Of a stretch of DNA of 64,000 nt, positions 11,901-18,553 are shown one piece after another. The stretch's first letter is position 1. Each line of letters starts with the position of its first letter. Where the stretch lies: positions 109,393 to 173,392 of the forward strand of contig CAZEKG010000002.1 of the NCBI GenBank assembly GCA_964512625.1, given 5' to 3'. The notes under the pieces were generated by a model, which searched no databases, was not told where the DNA came from, and saw only the letters and a list, made by a program, of their open reading frames with translations. The stretch comes from an uncultured Gammaproteobacteria bacterium (GTDB taxonomy: Bacteria; Patescibacteriota; Patescibacteriia; 2-01-FULL-39-33). A program made the position numbers and the translations under genes.

Positions 11901-13104
11901 TGGTATATTTAAAGCTGATGTAAATGTTTCCGGCTCGCCTGGTAGCTTGGCTGTGGTTTTTGTTTCGGATATTTCCGGATCTATGGACGGCAAAACTAAT
12001 GCCTTGTCTCAGGCGATTACTTCTTCATCTGATGAATTATCTAAGAAATTTGGAGCTAATATTGCTCTAGTCCATTTTCATACTAATACTATAGGTGATA
12101 AAGAGTTAATTGGTGATATGTTTTCTGAGAGCTGTTCAGGTAATTATGATTCTAATGGGGTCTGGAGTAATGGTAAGGATACTAAGTATTGTTGCGCTAG
12201 CTCTAATGGTAGGGGTAATTATTTTTGCAACTCTAGCGATTTATTAACGGGTTTTTCTAGTTTAACTAGCTTTATTAGCGATAGGACAAGTAAGATCTAT
12301 GGGAGATATGTCAATGGGGGTACTCCTACGGCTTCCGGATTAGATAGAGCTAGAGCAATTTTAAATACATCTACGGCAGATAAGAAAATAATTATTTTGA
12401 TGTCAGATGGCATGTATGATGGAATTAATCCTTTAAGTACCTCTACTAATATAAAGGCTGGTGGTACTAAAATATATGTAGCGGCATTTACTACTAGTTC
12501 TACTCTCGCTAATATGATGTCTACATGGTCAAGTAATAATAATAGTTCTTGCGGGAGTGGTTATTGCTATTATAGTGGTAATGTTACTGATTTATATGAA
12601 AATATAACATCTAATATTCAGTCGGAATTGGATTCTTACTCGGTAACTATTTTTAATAATAATACTTATTATTATGGAATAAGTCCCTATACTTATAATC
12701 AATCAAAGTATTCCTGGACGGACGGTTATAGCTCTAAAGTTTCAATTCCTAATACAAGCAATAACACTCCTTCAGGCGTAACTTTATCTGCTTTTACTGG
12801 TTTTTGTGCTCCTTCTAATGGCACAGGTGATTATGTTGGTAGAAGTATAACCGTAAAAACGACTAACCCGATTTCTGCTGGAACTAGCTGGAAGGTTAAT
12901 ATCAGTAATGTAACCATGGAGTATTGTCCTCTTGATCCAGTTGGCTATTCTTCTGATATTAATAATCCGACGCTTGGATTATCTCAATCGAACTCTCAAG
13001 TCGCCGGAGCTTATGAGGAAAATGACAATCTATATCAAAGATTCATTGCTACGATAGCTAATAGTTGGAAATTCCTTTTTTCATCAATCATTAATCTTTT
13101 TTAA
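2947..13104 (+). CDS. Giant (3385 aa) multidomain cell-surface adhesin-like protein. It has a Sec signal peptide and a VirB2/TrbC-pilin-like membrane hairpin. Its modules are EGF-like Cys-rich segments, Myxococcus-type cysteine-rich repeats, thrombospondin type-3 Ca-binding repeats, and a vWA domain with a MIDAS motif.
   Basis: The signal peptide is MRLKKSSQNKLLIILTVLVLFLSFGSAVFA|QT. The hairpin (nt ~3076-3306) is LGGADLKSVIKGIVNVFFSFLGVIAVLILLYGGFVWMTAAGDESKVEKAKKTIIAAVIGLVIIFSAFAIVSFV. Cys-rich repeats of the form CGNGxxExGExCDDGNxxxGDGCSxxC occur 3-4 times at nt ~7792-8160 and again at ~11194-11695. Seven TSP3 repeats (DxDxDGxGDxCDNCxxxxNPxQxD) lie at nt ~10561-11170. The vWA domain (LAVVFVSDISGSMDG ... 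SGLDRARAIL ... KKIIILMSDGMYDG) lies at nt ~11944-12500. A single uninterrupted 10.2-kb ORF. Confidence 0.7.
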   Translation: MRLKKSSQNKLLIILTVLVLFLSFGSAVFAQTQANVDLTNAQMGLGGADLKSVIKGIVNVFFSFLGVIAVLILLYGGFVWMTAAGDESKVEKAKKTIIAAVIGLVIIFSAFAIVSFVFRALNVATGIPGTEPCSNIGEVTSCSTSDNCSGTRYCQASGYWGACLKTDPTCPGDSFYSNQFSYILGFSLAGSGWNKNLGRNFSGTVAVPQSANLFIYGYAHDRENIISEMSLWGSLSSSSEAKLAQFNNLNSVKQLIGSKEYNVVSKASTTWNTSGYAVGDIITLKIKVSTGAFASKNIKAKVYASHCFNGIKDADEKNVDCGGSCSACDGDSCFVATNSTCSGDNCLSGICGDNCKCASLPIIDYISPAKDVNGDSNPYRSETLDDDLPNGAPGNIITIWGRSFGSATGTVIFKDKQSGQQFTSSIAPCKSNNWNNNQLTVLIPQSITNTLNVVDESGVTSTTLNYEVFIETANHLLSEAGKGFQVNKIERPGICNMDPDSGVYPTTTTINGIKFPISGTQNVLWKIKNGSLFETITSTLAKSWTAASVIDTALENKNGVSSVRIYNGSQYSNYFKFLLSSGGLNAPCGLDPRACDQDVTTCNTGLACDKASCTCQKSNTSCSVGEKQVCDNGGCAGDQTCRPDGVFGNCIQRDSKCIPKTDKVSIAGQTFYSWAFLTNPGGNGQSCGYDYWDVCDIKGCGSGLACDTTGTSSPYNINKTPCTCWTKVCEPATVSSTCKAIGKCEARSVCNSQGTAWGECVKVDYTCNPFPEIEPARQAFYSWSFMAFKNDPFNAPEVIEDCNRTITCRDGSKLPSPTPWYNPVVGATDEGWSTTTHPNLVGNVLNPKACVNAIISARFSLPMKLSSFAGNIKIMQMDEASSTWSEIPITVSNYQLLSGGTQLNLNHANFSPATRYKVVLRQGIASDAGVKIKKYNDVIGSDKRDCNVGGINDAAYCWNFVTRAATDPDLLCKEGCPTCSPDPTQMFYYGEEKANNADLDSADNVCLMLNPFNYDWFWDKKSYNNLERIDVTNNDLLKYVAESSTFAYGNDGKNDPYQTSTARGETISDPAKSTKILATLVKTGKAGICYVENDFTNPIVMEDQSCNKGTTQSPSPWKGSTDACINGVISLRFSRNMVNSTLVSGSEKTGTQVIDKQTVNFKYYESHPNIVIQKCNSNTVTSTDINACTDVGVDWKTILFKYSHQTISIADMMASSSENVNELPEGLSILPSSNLDKNQWYRVIIIGGQNGVRGAKIINSNETKDGVLRGTNNSPLTDMNGDGEDDYYWIFKTASDKCPINSVTVLPFSKFMKFVSETQTYNAWPQAANCNILNPLTYNWNWKALIDLNDDRSDNTDPGTGNDIVKVCSVNNTTCSSYDNPTSFQVNATGESEGLVNLKARALDTAKTGEDWTRDKWGYSVLQVGYGGFYIRKHSPDSTKCLNPEITALFSLDAKSESINLGSNFSLYKCQGGNCNTEKELAELSPLGLGTANANPFLSNLLRTEPKVYLEASSTYRVIAKSGESGLKAWNGNSLTGLNYRTSGTGNGEQCDKDAYPWKEFSGLCTDKCLISTSTAFADLCSYQKGRFAECKYTTSTAAYCDNTCHALGNTNTGSCGNGKLEAEEECDDGNFKDGDGCSSRCLLGGSSDKWGSVCGNGKREYGELCDDGNRRGGDGCSSACLTDSRKMGTATSSPVCGNSRVEFGELCDDGNKISGDGCSNKCLLEGSSNGAVCGNKVMENGQNDSYAWDFKVESNAQECLGPNLENNPCPNGIWRVNFPDSNNMEGTKYNQFSIKVWQKSSVDAGSCEVIAQGFWKTIFRKVKVAVLRLFGQTASAADYWCPFIEEQAFGASDLTEMKKGNYVRTFDNPGVSNAGQIIAYTDEVGNYIINFARTDAASWPANDYKMTLSYTRDLINQEINTDIKFAISRNACPINDVMVNVWPKGEERKDDTFFCAGNDCGSKTADPYDDDMSANWTYSKNGYDLKEGVGYLGGNQHLYRAWALTNRYGRPMVVQANFNWDMEHIPFNTKTTSSDFSLTTYNGDKWITSGDVGGRDLLNVTASDVNTLASTTVMIRTFLCNNPWPTPAKFPYIDSRVNCANPANCVNTNFELFYCRDSGDKETTDDDLPALTPDNPIVVPGASGSEIVKEFIFPRADKTTSSDAVGLRVMNNSGNALAVSKIYLSPAEWYFNQFDKARQGKPKGLVVDGYQAVEEGRTAYVSAADLNENLGNAFNNIYLLSYNDKADQGTRNIYSQILSNLTFNTGEAENGGLLDSAGSCTNNPAYKCFTDKDCKGFGFCDSPKSRITRDTKRLADISDINLGLEKYKAVKRCSNDHSKTCLSSSVCADNGTCGNYYPTLTSGTYVANNSLSSWLSWESTLAAALGMILPVDPRNELSGCTGSYSSTTCWSEIKKEMACPSDSSFNYFYHADKNPTSTIMGTAKILGTKCEYCVNSNGDDIWSNSDYTNSIFGPTNSVIRSFCIDKVKETCGNGISDIANGENCHNCPSDFKAACSNGAVCQNLGTNISPNWQCKAYDTDGDNFSDAIDNCKYVKNGWNWPGLCIANGNASQSYLCDQFDSDRDGVGNACDNCYQALGPNDKPDPSNKDSDGDGIGDACDNCLNKWNPGQEDDDGDKVGNTCDNSKDVKNGASGNNMTCPLSTPQSYCNQKDTDGDGVGDASDNCLNKKNPDQKDSDTDGLGDVCDNCPTKANPDQKDGDLDSYGDACDNCPTTFNPNQDSRACYNPNCGNGAQDRGEACDCGTDPNNIPSTCNYINNFNVNILDIEYNKSVRVCMNNCQLDQKFEGPKCGDGIKNGAESCDNGSQNGVVPAAGGYGQPAVEYCTTECQIASVASPRCGDGTIQSGEVCDTPNQDGCAPDCKSKCGNGIVEKAQGEICDDSNGNSGDGCSSTCRVVETGYNCFYRFVSGRLESVCQSICPPDRGVGRWTSEVLKYGNNNTSNNFGTIGSVYNSWLQVPKCKSFSGIFKADVNVSGSPGSLAVVFVSDISGSMDGKTNALSQAITSSSDELSKKFGANIALVHFHTNTIGDKELIGDMFSESCSGNYDSNGVWSNGKDTKYCCASSNGRGNYFCNSSDLLTGFSSLTSFISDRTSKIYGRYVNGGTPTASGLDRARAILNTSTADKKIIILMSDGMYDGINPLSTSTNIKAGGTKIYVAAFTTSSTLANMMSTWSSNNNSSCGSGYCYYSGNVTDLYENITSNIQSELDSYSVTIFNNNTYYYGISPYTYNQSKYSWTDGYSSKVSIPNTSNNTPSGVTLSAFTGFCAPSNGTGDYVGRSITVKTTNPISAGTSWKVNISNVTMEYCPLDPVGYSSDINNPTLGLSQSNSQVAGAYEENDNLYQRFIATIANSWKFLFSSIINLF
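3050..3320 (+). repeat. ~270-bp direct repeat. The coding sequence for the pilin-like hairpin domain is duplicated between the two giant genes; the partner copy is at nt 1-270.
   Basis: By eye, nt 1-270 and ~3050-3320 align at roughly 75% nucleotide identity. Examples: ggcggagccgatcttaag vs ggcggggcagatctgaaa; tatggcggttttatttggatgacggctgg vs tatggcggttttgtctggatgacggctgc; tttgctattgtttcttttgtt vs ttcgctattgtttctttcgtc. The encoded protein segments match. Confidence 0.6.
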
Positions 13105-13127
13105 AAAAACATCTAAGTAAAAATCCT

Positions 13128-13904
13128 ATGTTTGATCAAATTCCTCAAAACCCTCAGGGCACAGTTCCGCCAAATGGCCCTAGTCCTATGCAGCCGCCTT
13201 CAATGCCTAATCCTTTGGGCGGTTTTCCGACGCCTTCCGCGCCAGTCCCGAATCAAGTCCCGACTCAAAATCCGGTTGCTTCAGCCGAGCCGGAAGATAT
13301 TTTTTCTCAAACGGAAAAAGGAACGATGAGTGGAGCCGTTAATCCCGGCAACTATGCTAATCCTAATTTTGGTCAGCCAACTAGCTCCGGCGATTTATTC
13401 GGCAAGAAGCCTTTTCCCTTAAAAAACCTTGTAATCGGTTTAGTCGCTTTAGTAATTATCCTGGCGGCGGTCGGAATCGGCTACTTTGCTTTTACTTTTT
13501 TCAGCGCTAGCTTGAAACAGCCGGTAACGCCTATTGTTAATAAGGAAATTAATAATGAACCGGTAAATAATTCTACCGGCCTTGATCCTAACTTAGCTCC
13601 GACTTCAACGGCGGTTACGGCGACTACTACAGCGATAACAACCGAAGTTATTAATGATACCGCTAAAGATACTGATGGCGACGGTTTGACTGATTCCGAA
13701 GAGAGGGAATTAGGAACGGATGTTAATAATTTTGATTCAGATACGGATGGACTGACCGATCGAGCGGAAGTCAAGATTTATAAAACCAACCCTCTTAATC
13801 CTGATACGGACGGTGACGGCCATAAAGACGGAGCGGAAGTCATTAACGGTTATGATCCGTTAAAAGGCAATGGCGCAAAATTATTCGAGGTACCAAAAAA
13901 ATAA
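13128..13904 (+). CDS. Small single-pass membrane protein. It has a Pro/Gln-rich N-terminal region, one TM helix, a Thr-rich linker, and C-terminal TSP3-like DxDxDG calcium-binding repeats.
   Basis: The TM helix is LVIGLVALVIILAAVGIGYFAFTFF. The repeats are DTDGDGLTDSEERELGTDVNNFDSDTDGLTDRAEVKIYKTNPLNPDTDGDGHKDGAEV. It is a paralog of the next gene. Confidence 0.55.
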   Translation: MFDQIPQNPQGTVPPNGPSPMQPPSMPNPLGGFPTPSAPVPNQVPTQNPVASAEPEDIFSQTEKGTMSGAVNPGNYANPNFGQPTSSGDLFGKKPFPLKNLVIGLVALVIILAAVGIGYFAFTFFSASLKQPVTPIVNKEINNEPVNNSTGLDPNLAPTSTAVTATTTAITTEVINDTAKDTDGDGLTDSEERELGTDVNNFDSDTDGLTDRAEVKIYKTNPLNPDTDGDGHKDGAEVINGYDPLKGNGAKLFEVPKK

Positions 13905-13919
13905 ATAACCAATATAGTT

Positions 13920-14984
13920 ATGTTTGGCGAGAAAGAAAATAATCCTCAAGAGCCTCAGGCTCAGCAAGCTACTCCGCCGGCGCCCGTTGCCGTTACTCGC
14001 GACGATGTTTATGTTATGCCGGAAAAGTTTTTAACTAAGGAGCCGAAATCTTCCGGCAAGCCGCTAGTTATCGCTTTAGTAGTTTTAGTCTTATTAGTGA
14101 TCTCAACCGGCATCTACTTCCTTTTTGATTATTGGCAAAGGAGTCAATTAGCTCTAAAGGAGCAGGCGAATAACATCGAGAATCAACAATCAGTCGAAGA
14201 AGACAACCAGCCTTTAATCGAAGATCCTGGTTTACTTCAAGCGACAACAACCGAAGAAACGGCGACTTCAACTTCAGCGACAACAACTGAAGCGATTGTT
14301 ACTCCGACTTCGACTACACCCGTTGTTCAATTACCCCCGACTCTTAGCCCGGACTCGGATAATGATGGCTTAACCGATATCGAAGAGGGGATAATTGGTA
14401 CTTCGCCGACTAATCCAGATACTGACGGCGATGGCTATAAGGATGGTAGTGAAATTTTATCAAGCTATAGCCCTAAAAAGGCGGGCGGCGGCGAAGCGAA
14501 TAAGTTAGTCAATGCTGATTTCATTAAGAAGTCAATCAGTAATTTTATGGCTAATAACTTTTCTTTCTTAACTATTAAGGATTGGCCGATTAACTTCATA
14601 GAAGTGAATAATCAGGCGGTTATCGCTGTTCCGACCGGAGAAGTAATCAGGATTTCGGTCAAGGATAATCCTAACCGTTTATCAGCTGTTAATTGGTATT
14701 CCCAACTTAATCCGGGAGTTATTCTTAGTCAGCTTAAGCCGATTCAATCAGGCAATTTAAGCGGCGTTTTTTCCGATATGGGGCTTCAAGCTTATTTAAC
14801 CGATGAAACGAAAAGCGTTATTTATGTGCTTGATTATTCCCTAGAAGCCGGTTCGCCATTTAAATATCCGGCCATATTCTCAATGATGGCGAGTACTTTA
14901 ACCCCCGTAGCTGGAAATCTTAAGGGTTCGGCCGTAACTACTAGTAATGTCAATAATCCAAGTTCTTCAACCATAAATCAATAA
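13920..14984 (+). CDS. Paralogous single-pass membrane protein. It has an N-terminal Pro/Gln-rich region, a TM helix, a Thr-rich linker, TSP3-like Ca-binding repeats, and a C-terminal domain of unknown function.
   Basis: The TM helix is LVIALVVLVLLVISTGIYFLF. The repeats are DSDNDGLTDIEEGIIGTSPTNPDTDGDGYKDGSEI. It has the same architecture as the 13128-13904 gene. Confidence 0.55.
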   Translation: MFGEKENNPQEPQAQQATPPAPVAVTRDDVYVMPEKFLTKEPKSSGKPLVIALVVLVLLVISTGIYFLFDYWQRSQLALKEQANNIENQQSVEEDNQPLIEDPGLLQATTTEETATSTSATTTEAIVTPTSTTPVVQLPPTLSPDSDNDGLTDIEEGIIGTSPTNPDTDGDGYKDGSEILSSYSPKKAGGGEANKLVNADFIKKSISNFMANNFSFLTIKDWPINFIEVNNQAVIAVPTGEVIRISVKDNPNRLSAVNWYSQLNPGVILSQLKPIQSGNLSGVFSDMGLQAYLTDETKSVIYVLDYSLEAGSPFKYPAIFSMMASTLTPVAGNLKGSAVTTSNVNNPSSSTINQ

Positions 14985-14987
14985 GCG

Positions 14988-15434
14988 ATGCTGACTTTTG
15001 AAGTAAATGAAAAAGCGGAATTAAAATATAATCGGGATTTAATCAATCAAATCACAAGGATATTTTATAAGCAAGCCGGCTTGAAAGGCGGTTGGGATTT
15101 TTCCTTAGCCCTCGTTGACGGTAAAGCTATCCGCCGCTTAAACAGGATTTATCGAGGTAAGGATAAGGTAACGGATGTTTTAAGTTTTGAAGAAGAAAAA
15201 GATGCTTTTCCTGGAGTGAAGAATTTTTTAGGAGAAATAATAATTTGCCCTTCAAGATTAAGAAGACAAGCCCGAGAATATAAAGTCAGTGTTGATCAGG
15301 AATTCTCTCGTTTGCTAGTCCATGGGCTTAGCCATCTTCTCGGATATGATCATGAGAATGTTACACTGAAAAAAAGACAGGAAATGGAAAGATTCGAGGA
15401 GAATATTCTTAGTAAGATTAAATTTAATAAATAG
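14988..15434 (+). CDS. ybeY: rRNA maturation endoribonuclease YbeY
   Basis: The HGLSHLLGYDHE zinc-binding motif near the C-terminus is the UPF0054/YbeY signature; the size is 148 aa. Confidence 0.8.
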   Translation: MLTFEVNEKAELKYNRDLINQITRIFYKQAGLKGGWDFSLALVDGKAIRRLNRIYRGKDKVTDVLSFEEEKDAFPGVKNFLGEIIICPSRLRRQAREYKVSVDQEFSRLLVHGLSHLLGYDHENVTLKKRQEMERFEENILSKIKFNK

Positions 15435-15473
15435 AGTTGAACAATATTTGTATTCATTTTTTAAATTAATGAT

Positions 15474-15502
15474 TTGAAGAATCGGCGTTTTTTTACTATA
15501 AT
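15474..15502 (+). promoter_or_regulatory. Putative sigma70-type promoter upstream of ftsA: TTGAAG, 17-nt spacer, TATAAT.
   Basis: The -35 element TTGAAG is at 15474-15479 and the -10 element TATAAT is at 15497-15502. Confidence 0.4.
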
Positions 15503-15566
15503 GAAAGAGGTTACTATAGTTTCCCTTGATTATGTAAAATAGGAGAATTTCTTGAAACGCTGATTC

Positions 15567-16835
15567 TTGGTTTTACCAATAAACAGTTATCCCATGCTTA
15601 AAGACAGTTTGATTACCGGTTTAGATATCGGATCTACAACCATTAGGATGGTTACCGGTCAAAAACAACGAAACGATGAAAAGCTTAAAATAATCGGAGC
15701 CGTCGAGGTTCCGGCCCAGGGTATAAGCAAAGGCGTTGTTGTTGGCGTAGAAGATGCCGTCTCTTCGATATCTTCGGCTATTGAAAAACTGGAAAGGATG
15801 GTCGGTCAGCCTATTGATCATGCTTGGGTGGGAATTTCAGGTAGCCATATTATCGCTCAGGAAAGCCATGGCGTAGTTATGGTTTCTAAGACTGATGGCG
15901 AAATAAGGCATGAAGATGTTGAGCGAGTGATTGAAGCGGCTCGAGTCGTAGCGACTCCGCCTAACTTTGAGATCCTCCATGTCATTCCGAAAAGCTTTAC
16001 GGTTGATTCTCAAACCGGGATTAAAGATCCGATTGGTATGACCGGCTTAAAGCTTGAAGTCGAGGCTCAAATCATCCAAGGCTTAAGTTCCCAAATCAAG
16101 AATCTTACTAAATGTATTTATCGGACAGGAATCAATATAGATGATTTAGTAATGTCCGTTTTAGCTTCCACTGAGGCGGTTTTAACTAATCGCCAAAAGG
16201 ATTTAGGTGTTGTCGTCATTAATCTCGGCGGCGCCACGACCAGCGTGGTAGTTTATGAAAATAATAATGTTTTGCATACTTGCGTTATTCCTATGGGTTC
16301 GGAATATATAACCAGTGATATCGCTATCGGCTTAAGAGTTTCGATTGAAACGGCGGAAAAGATAAAGATAAGAGAGGGTAGTTGCCTACCGAAGGAATTT
16401 AAAAAACAAGACGAAGTTAAATTTTCTGATTTAAACGCTCCCGAGGAAGGCTCTTTTTCAAGGAAGGATGTGGCTGAAATCGTAGAAGCGAGAGTCGAGG
16501 AGATATTCGAGCGTGTTGATAGGGAGTTAAAAAAGATCGGCCGCTCCAGTATGTTGCCGGCCGGAGCTGTTTTAACTGGTAGCGGCGCTAAGATGGATGG
16601 TATAGTAGAAACAGCTAAGAGATGCTTAAGATTGCCAGCCTCCTTAGGTTATCCTCAGGAACTTATCTCTAACCTCGATAAGGTAAGCGATCTTTCATTT
16701 ACGACGGCGGTCGGTTTAGTTCTTTGGGGCAATCAGTTAAAAGGCAAGAAGGGGTCGGGGAGAACGCTCGGAGTTGGCGGCGTTGATAAAGCGGTCGGCC
16801 AATTAAAAGATTGGTTCAAGGCCTTTATTCCATAA
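15567..16835 (+). CDS. ftsA: Cell division protein FtsA. The start is uncertain; an alternative ATG lies at 15591.
   Basis: Actin-like ATPase motifs are present: GLDIGSTTIRMV, and DLGVVVINLGGATTSVVVYE in the phosphate 2 region. The C-terminal region is also present. The gene is immediately upstream of ftsZ. Confidence 0.85.
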   Translation: MVLPINSYPMLKDSLITGLDIGSTTIRMVTGQKQRNDEKLKIIGAVEVPAQGISKGVVVGVEDAVSSISSAIEKLERMVGQPIDHAWVGISGSHIIAQESHGVVMVSKTDGEIRHEDVERVIEAARVVATPPNFEILHVIPKSFTVDSQTGIKDPIGMTGLKLEVEAQIIQGLSSQIKNLTKCIYRTGINIDDLVMSVLASTEAVLTNRQKDLGVVVINLGGATTSVVVYENNNVLHTCVIPMGSEYITSDIAIGLRVSIETAEKIKIREGSCLPKEFKKQDEVKFSDLNAPEEGSFSRKDVAEIVEARVEEIFERVDRELKKIGRSSMLPAGAVLTGSGAKMDGIVETAKRCLRLPASLGYPQELISNLDKVSDLSFTTAVGLVLWGNQLKGKKGSGRTLGVGGVDKAVGQLKDWFKAFIP

Positions 16836-16873
16836 AAAATTGAAGAATTTAGATATACCTAATTAAAACTACT

Positions 16874-18181
16874 ATGCCAGAAATAAAACCAGAAATTGAA
16901 ACTTTTGCTAAAATTAAAGTTGTCGGCGTCGGCGGTTCAGGCGGTTCCGCGGTTAATAGGATGATTAGTGCGAGAATTAAAGGCATTGAATTCATTACTA
17001 TTAATACGGATGTTCAAGCTCTTCATCAAAGCCAAGCCAAACATAAACTACATATTGGACAAACGACGACTAGAGGTTTGGGTGCTGGTATGGATCCCTT
17101 AGTTGGGATGCAGTCGGCTCAAGAAAATATCAATGAAATCCGCGATCTTTTAAAGGGTTCGGATATGGTTTTTGTGACTTGTGGTTTAGGCGGCGGAACC
17201 GGAACTGGCGCTTCGCCGGTTGTGGCAGCAGTAGCTAGGGAATTAGGAGCTTTAGTGGTTGGCGTAGTGACTAAACCTTTTAAATTTGAAGGTTCTCAAA
17301 GATCGAAGATAGCAGAGAGAGGATTGCAAGAATTAAGAGAGAATGTTGATACTATTATAACTATCCCTAATGATCGTATTCTCCAGATCGTTGATAAAAA
17401 GACACCTTTATTGGATGCCTTTAAGACGGTTGATGATATTCTTCGCCAAGGCGTCCAGGGTATTTCCGAAATCATTACGGTTCCGTCTTTGATAAATGTT
17501 GATTTTGCCGATGTTAAGGCGGTTATGAGAGGTACTGGTTCAGCTCTTATGGGTATCGGCGAAGCGAGCGGTGAGAATCGAGCTATGACAGCGGCAAAGA
17601 TGGCCATTTCTTCTCCTTTATTGGATATTTCCATTGAAGGCGCTAAAGGAGTTCTTTTCATAATCGTTGGCGGCCCATCAATGACTATGAATGAAGTTTA
17701 TGAAGCAGCCAATATTATTACAGAATCCTCCGATCCCGATGCCAAGATTATTTTTGGCGCCGCTATTGATGAAAATTTAAAAGATAAGCTAAGGATAACG
17801 GTTGTTGCGACCGGTTTCGGCGATGGCATCAATAATATTCAATCTCTAAGCGAAGTTCCAAGGTATACTGTTAATAAGGCTTTCATTAAGAAGAGTATTG
17901 AAGATATGGATGTTGTTTCTGAGATAAAAAGAGAGGTTAGAGAAGAAAGAGTGCCGGTTGAAGAAAAGATTGTTAGCAGGTTTAATCAGGAAAGCCGGAA
18001 TGCCATAAGTGATAATCCGCCAGCATTCCAAGCGAAGGTTAATCAGCCCGTAAGTCAGCCGGTTAGGCCTCAAGCCCAGGTTAGTCAACGGCCTCAGCCG
18101 GAGAGAATTGACCCGGTTGTCGAAGATGATGAAGAAGATATTGAGATCCCGACTTTCTTAAGAAGAAAAATGAAATCTTAA
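16874..18181 (+). CDS. ftsZ: Cell division GTPase FtsZ
   Basis: The tubulin signature GGGTGTG is present, as is the [15 protein letters not shown]-terminal motif. The C-terminal tail is Pro/Gln-rich with a conserved terminal peptide (IEIPTFLRR). Confidence 0.9.
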   Translation: MPEIKPEIETFAKIKVVGVGGSGGSAVNRMISARIKGIEFITINTDVQALHQSQAKHKLHIGQTTTRGLGAGMDPLVGMQSAQENINEIRDLLKGSDMVFVTCGLGGGTGTGASPVVAAVARELGALVVGVVTKPFKFEGSQRSKIAERGLQELRENVDTIITIPNDRILQIVDKKTPLLDAFKTVDDILRQGVQGISEIITVPSLINVDFADVKAVMRGTGSALMGIGEASGENRAMTAAKMAISSPLLDISIEGAKGVLFIIVGGPSMTMNEVYEAANIITESSDPDAKIIFGAAIDENLKDKLRITVVATGFGDGINNIQSLSEVPRYTVNKAFIKKSIEDMDVVSEIKREVREERVPVEEKIVSRFNQESRNAISDNPPAFQAKVNQPVSQPVRPQAQVSQRPQPERIDPVVEDDEEDIEIPTFLRRKMKS

Positions 18182-18201
18182 AATAGTAGTCAGGTTATAT
18201 A

Positions 18202-18230
18202 AAAAGCTCCGTTAATTCGGAGCTTTTTAA
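18202..18230 (+). terminator. Rho-independent terminator after ftsZ
   Basis: The hairpin is AAAAGCTCCG-TTAATT-CGGAGCTTTTT, followed by a T-run. Confidence 0.6.
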
Positions 18231-18387
18231 ATCGATAGGATTATTTTTCATTTTTCTGTTGCTTTTTAAGCGACTCAAAGTTGACTTTTCTTAATTCCCT
18301 CAGGGGTAAAAAATATTTTCCCCTTATCTTATCCACAATAGCCCAGAGCTATCCAAAAACCGCTTAAAAATGGTTAAAAATATCTTT

Positions 18388-18415
18388 TTGACAGCCTCAT
18401 TTCTAGTGTTATAAT
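18388..18415 (+). promoter_or_regulatory. Putative sigma70 promoter for nrdD, followed by a ~140-nt leader.
   Basis: The -35 element TTGACA is at 18388-18393. After a 16-nt spacer, an extended -10 element TGTTATAAT ends at 18415. Confidence 0.5.
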
Positions 18416-18553
18416 GTTAGTAACAACGAGGGCTTTTGGAGGTGATAAACCAGTCAAAATCCATTAGAGGGTAATTGTTTGTTTTTAAATCTTTTTTGTC
18501 GCTAAAATAGCCCTATCAAGTCAAACAAATAGAATTCATATAATATTAAAGCC

